A stretch of 38,474 bases of DNA from Myxococcota bacterium (lineage in GTDB: Bacteria; Myxococcota_A; UBA796; GCA-2862545), in NCBI GenBank assembly GCA_039208735.1, contig JBCCQY010000080.1:1-38474 (forward strand), in the 5' to 3' direction. Made by a program: the position numbers and the translations under genes. Under the pieces are notes generated by a model. It was not told the DNA's origin. It saw nothing but the letters and a program-made list of their open reading frames with translations, and ran no database searches. Of this stretch, positions 34,588 to 38,474 are shown in pieces; the stretch's first letter is position 1; each line of letters opens with the position of its first letter.

Positions 34588-37500
34588 AGTCACCACGCCA
34601 GGGGGTTGCCCAGCCCGCTCTCGTACCCGTTTGAAATATGGATGAACGCGGACAATGGTCGAACCATAGTGTACATTCATGTACAACCCTTGTAATTGCG
34701 CAAGTCCACTGAGCTGCTCCGCGAGCCCACGCGCTTCCTTTCCGGCAGTGGTGGCATAGACTTGTCGCACGACGGTGGCGCGATGTCGGGCCTGATTGTT
34801 CATCAAGAACAGCCGCGTGGCCAGATTGCCGGCCGTCTCTTCGGGGATGTCGCCCGGAAACTGGGTCCCAATGACGGTGCCTACGCCGAATGCCCGGCCC
34901 TCCCTGGCCAATTGCTGGAGTTTCTCGCTGCCGGCGACCCGGTGAGCTTCATCGAAGACAACCAGCCGCTTGAGCCGTCGAGGATGGTCTCCTCGCAGGG
35001 CAAACGCGTGCAACTGAATAATCAGCATTTCGGCCAACGCGCTTTTCATCTCGTCACTGGGCAGGCCCGAGAGCAACAGCGTCACCCGCTTGTCGACAAA
35101 CTCGGCGAAGTCCTGGTCGCGGTCGTGCACGCGGGGAACCAGGTTGAGATCGACGAGCATGCCAATGCGATTGAGCAACGCCGCGTTGTTGGCTCCTCCT
35201 TCCTTGAGCATCTCGACCACCTCGGCGAAGACCGGCCATGTGGTCGTGCTTGGGTCACAAGGGACCTGGGGATCGATGCCATGCTTGCGGTAGACGGTTG
35301 CAATGGCGTCACGAACATTTCCTTCTTGCACGGGTCCCAAACCGAACACTCGCTTGAGCACTCCCGCAAGTTCATAGGCGTGCTGCATCGGGAGTTGAGG
35401 TTGTTCGCGCTGCGGAGGCTGGACCGGATTGAACGGTAGTCCATGTTGGGAAACATCGACGACTTCGAGTCCCTGGGCTTCGGTGAAGTCCGGGTCACAA
35501 TAGTCCCGCTTGAAGTCGAAAATGCAGACGGGCAGTTGGTTGTTGCAAGCTGCGTCGATGAGCACCTTGATGGTTTGGGTCTTGCCCGCACCCGGGTCGC
35601 CGGTGACGAGGAACCCGAAGTTGTTGAGACGGTCGGGATCGGGACGGTACGGGTCCCAGTACACCTCGGCGCCATCGCCATCGTGGCCTACGAGCAGCGG
35701 AAATGCACCGTCCGGCTCCGACAGATGGACATTTGTTTTGTCCGAATCTGGGGGGCCCTGTGGGCTGGGTTGAGGGACTTCGGGCAGCCGCAGCAGGGTG
35801 TCGAGCCCATCGAACAACGTCGTGAGCCAGCGTCCGTCACGGCGCCACGGGTGAAAGCCCTCGACCTGGCGCATCTGTTCGTAAAAGTCCCTGGCCTCAT
35901 GCAAGATGTGCCAGCGATCCTCGCCAATCTCGAGTCGGTGCCCCTGCAGGCTTTCGAGTTTTTGGAGCGCCTTGGCAGCAAGCGCGGTCTTGGATTTGGG
36001 AAACGCCCGGCTTCGGAGCGCGTAGGGGTAGTGAGGATTGGTTTGGAGAAAAGCTTCGATCTGATTCGCCAGCCCCTGGTTGCGATTGGGGGCATCGCAA
36101 AGCGCGATGGCCTTTCGCATGACGGCTTGACCTTGGTCATTGGACACGACAATGTCCGCAATCCGAGTCTCGGCCGAATCCGACAGTTGGCGATGCGACG
36201 TCTCTACCGTGAACGGACTGTGGTGCTCGGTATGCGCCGTCCTCACAAACCATTCGATGAGTTCAATCTTCTTAAGGTCCGAGACCCGGACCATGGCCAA
36301 GGAGCCGTCTCGGTGGTCGGCCCACTTCTTGTCGAAGTCGGTCGGAGGGGGCTTGGCCACCGGCTCGGGGGCCGGCACGTCGTCGAGTCCAAGTTCTTTG
36401 CGGGTTGGGAAGCGGCCTAGGAGCTGACCCTTTTCGCGGAATGAGCCGAGCAGCTGCAATGCCACCCGTACCGATTTCGTAAGCGGCAACTCTGCCTGGA
36501 CCCAGTCGGGCAGTGGGTCCATTGTTCCAGTCCGCGGTTGGCCCAGCAGGTCAGCCAGGACACCGATGCGGCGGGCCACTACCGAATGGATGACGTCGGG
36601 ACTTGGCCTAGGGATGGTCACCGCCGAGGGGGCTTCGTCCGCAATCCGGTGCAGGTCGGATTTGGACAGGTTCTTTTCGTCCTGAATGTGAGCTTCGTAA
36701 GCACTCTGCACCACTGACAAGACGATGCTCACATTGGGCATGGCCTCGGCGAGTCGCACGGCCTGGGTCACCGCGTGAATCAAAATCGAGGCATCCGCGA
36801 GCTTCAGTACGTTTTCGATCTGGTCGAAGGCGACCACCAAGGTCGCCTCCACGAGTTGCACCACCACCGCAAGATCGTGGATCATCCGAACCCGGTCGGT
36901 CGGCGTCTCAACGGGTTCGAGATGGTAGTTGCCGGGGAGTTCGCGAGTGCCATTGCGTAGGAAACTCACCGCGGGCCAGTAGCCAAGGCCCGCGAGCACC
37001 ACGGCCGCGAACAGTCCGTAACTCGGTGGCGAATCGTCCAGTGCCCCCACGGCGAACTTGCGAAGCCGTTTCCCGATGACGAGGGCCGCTTTCAGGAGTT
37101 CCTCATCCTCGTCCTCGTCGAGGGCTTGGGTAAGCCGCTCGCGAAGTTCCACGTCGACGCGTTCCAACAGTTGATGGCTCAGCCGCTGCAGGGGGGTCAC
37201 CGCTTCGCCCGTTGGGAACAAGAAACTCGCTTCCCCCAGACTTCGAACGATGGCCTGCTGCAACCAAGATTCGTAGCCCGACCGCTCAACTTGGGCGGTC
37301 AGCTGGATGATGGCGGGAAACACCTTCGAGGTGGGGGCCGATGTTGCCTCGTTGATGACCGCGGTGACGAGGTGCGTCTTTCCTGTCCCCTGATGGCCGA
37401 GCACCAACGAAATGCGTGCACCCGGACTGGGTACGCGCTGCTGTGCATTTCGAATCGCCGAGGAAACGGCGTGTCGACATTCGCGGTTGAACTCAATGAC

Positions 37501-37593
37501 GTCGACCTTCAAGAGGTCCTTGGGATGACGCACGCTTGCAGTCGAGCTGAAGAACTCGTCACCACGGGGGTCCAGGAAGTCTGTTTCGTTCAT
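34540..37593 (-). CDS. 1017-aa double P-loop ATPase: N-terminal AAA/STAND-like domain and C-terminal HerA/FtsK/VirB4-like (DUF87/DptH-like) domain
   Basis: N-terminal Walker A LGHQGTGKTH and Walker B VVAFDQIE. C-terminal Walker A TGDPGAGKT, IFDFKRDY, LPFNP, Walker B VVFDEAH, REGRAFGVG and GTQ. ATG 37593 overlaps the upstream TGA (ATGA). Confidence 0.88.
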   Translation of the reverse strand: MNETDFLDPRGDEFFSSTASVRHPKDLLKVDVIEFNRECRHAVSSAIRNAQQRVPSPGARISLVLGHQGTGKTHLVTAVINEATSAPTSKVFPAIIQLTAQVERSGYESWLQQAIVRSLGEASFLFPTGEAVTPLQRLSHQLLERVDVELRERLTQALDEDEDEELLKAALVIGKRLRKFAVGALDDSPPSYGLFAAVVLAGLGYWPAVSFLRNGTRELPGNYHLEPVETPTDRVRMIHDLAVVVQLVEATLVVAFDQIENVLKLADASILIHAVTQAVRLAEAMPNVSIVLSVVQSAYEAHIQDEKNLSKSDLHRIADEAPSAVTIPRPSPDVIHSVVARRIGVLADLLGQPRTGTMDPLPDWVQAELPLTKSVRVALQLLGSFREKGQLLGRFPTRKELGLDDVPAPEPVAKPPPTDFDKKWADHRDGSLAMVRVSDLKKIELIEWFVRTAHTEHHSPFTVETSHRQLSDSAETRIADIVVSNDQGQAVMRKAIALCDAPNRNQGLANQIEAFLQTNPHYPYALRSRAFPKSKTALAAKALQKLESLQGHRLEIGEDRWHILHEARDFYEQMRQVEGFHPWRRDGRWLTTLFDGLDTLLRLPEVPQPSPQGPPDSDKTNVHLSEPDGAFPLLVGHDGDGAEVYWDPYRPDPDRLNNFGFLVTGDPGAGKTQTIKVLIDAACNNQLPVCIFDFKRDYCDPDFTEAQGLEVVDVSQHGLPFNPVQPPQREQPQLPMQHAYELAGVLKRVFGLGPVQEGNVRDAIATVYRKHGIDPQVPCDPSTTTWPVFAEVVEMLKEGGANNAALLNRIGMLVDLNLVPRVHDRDQDFAEFVDKRVTLLLSGLPSDEMKSALAEMLIIQLHAFALRGDHPRRLKRLVVFDEAHRVAGSEKLQQLAREGRAFGVGTVIGTQFPGDIPEETAGNLATRLFLMNNQARHRATVVRQVYATTAGKEARGLAEQLSGLAQLQGLYMNVHYGSTIVRVHPYFKRVRERAGQPPGVVTSVSGHRPTIIDLAPK

Positions 37594-38474
37594 GCGATCG
37601 ACTCGCTGCTCACTAGGTGAACGTTTTCGCGGTTCCACTTCGTCATGCTGCGGTCTCGCAACGCGGGATCCATCATCTCGGGCAATTCGAGTGAATCGAG
37701 CTGAAGTTCCCGTGATTTGGCCGCCTTGACCAGGGATTGCTTGAAGTCCTCGAGTGTTGTTCCATCCTGGTACTTCGCCCCGTAGGCGTCAAAGACCTGT
37801 GCGATGGCTACGCGCCCGACGAAGGGAGGGGTTTCCATTGAGCGAACGAGAGCGAGAACGCGAGCCGAGAAAGGAAGATCGACCTGATTCCCGCCTGATC
37901 CCATGACTGCGCCGTTGATGACCTCGGTGGAGGGCGCGACTCCGAGTTCAAGGAGTCGTTGTCGCAACGCTTTGATCGTGGACGAAGGGCTACCGATGGC
38001 CTTGGCGGCGAGGTCGCTCATCACATGATCGATGTTTTGCCGTCGCGTATCCGCGAGCGAAGCAAGGATCACCGTCGCCACGGGCCCTGCCGGGTCGATG
38101 ACGGGAAAGGGCCCTGGGCCGATCAGGTCGGCCATCCGATCCTTGACGACACGCCACACGAGTTCCGTGCGCACATCCTTGACGGACAATCGCGCGCGTT
38201 CGGCCACGTCAAACGTGACGCCACAAATCGCCCCAATGAAGTTCTGAGGGTGCCGCAGCCGTCTGCGTACGTCACCCGAATCTGGATCGAGACCTAGCGC
38301 GACGATGGGCAAGCGCCGGTCTCTAATCTGTTCCCAACGCGACGTCTTGTCCGCACCGAGAAACGCTTCCGCCCGGGACCGCCCGGCATCGGACAAGACG
38401 AGGCGGGATCCGCTTACCAGAATCATCCGTTCGCGTTTGGCATCCTGAATCACTCGACGAACGTGTTCTTCGGC
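37590..38474 (-). CDS. Hypothetical, probably DNA-binding (winged-helix-like) protein; 5' end off the window
   Basis: Frame is open to the right edge (AEEHVRRVIQ...). RLVLSDAGRSRAEAFLG resembles a wHTH wing and helix; C-terminal domain FSARVL..GRVAIAQVF..TLEDFKQSLVKA..LQL..MDP..RS..HLV. Coupled to the ATPase gene. Confidence 0.75.
   Translation of the reverse strand, partial: AEEHVRRVIQDAKRERMILVSGSRLVLSDAGRSRAEAFLGADKTSRWEQIRDRRLPIVALGLDPDSGDVRRRLRHPQNFIGAICGVTFDVAERARLSVKDVRTELVWRVVKDRMADLIGPGPFPVIDPAGPVATVILASLADTRRQNIDHVMSDLAAKAIGSPSSTIKALRQRLLELGVAPSTEVINGAVMGSGGNQVDLPFSARVLALVRSMETPPFVGRVAIAQVFDAYGAKYQDGTTLEDFKQSLVKAAKSRELQLDSLELPEMMDPALRDRSMTKWNRENVHLVSSESIA

Noticed and set aside
34540..35700. 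Calling the large ATPase dptH/dndH or virB4
   Set aside because: Only the C-terminal domain is of that class. The N-terminal second ATPase and the partner gene do not fit, and no dnd or T4SS genes are visible.
1..38474. CRISPR arrays, tRNA/rRNA genes, IS elements, integrases
   Set aside because: No regularly spaced repeats, tRNA/rRNA signatures, or transposase or integrase motifs were recognised by eye.

Overview
GC-rich bacterial accessory region of about 30 genes. It is probably from a Myxococcota-like organism (inferred from MxcH/MxcI-like iron-uptake genes, a wHTH-STAND-TPR regulator and many secreted or lipoprotein genes). I recognised no rRNA, tRNA, CRISPR array or transposase. Left to right: (1) three secreted genes (beta-helix protein running off the left edge, matrixin-type metalloprotease, small partner) divergent from an OmpR-wHTH/NB-ARC/TPR regulator, with 11-bp-phased heptamers between them; (2) a LOG-family gene and a GMC oxidoreductase; (3) a lipid or sulfate-ester catabolic cluster (outer-membrane barrel-like protein, lipoprotein alkyl sulfatase, lipoprotein, GPH-MFS, TetR, SDR, tandem DUF1330-like lipoprotein) linked by six copies of a palindrome TTATA-N4-TATAA; (4) orphan secreted genes, one an FG-GAP protein ending in a defensin-like Cys motif, next to a decayed TPR gene; (5) a Fur-boxed siderophore-uptake locus (MxcH-like TonB-dependent receptor, two MxcI-like lipoproteins, IroE-like esterase) interleaved with a TetR and an ABC-2 permease/degenerate M1 peptidase fusion; (6) a TPR-retropepsin-like lipoprotein; (7) at the right edge, a coupled gene pair, a winged-helix-like protein and a 1017-aa protein with two different P-loop ATPases (AAA/STAND-like and HerA/FtsK-like). 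The pair in (7) is my best candidate for an undescribed DNA-acting or defence system. Family calls come from motifs read by eye; no database searches were run.
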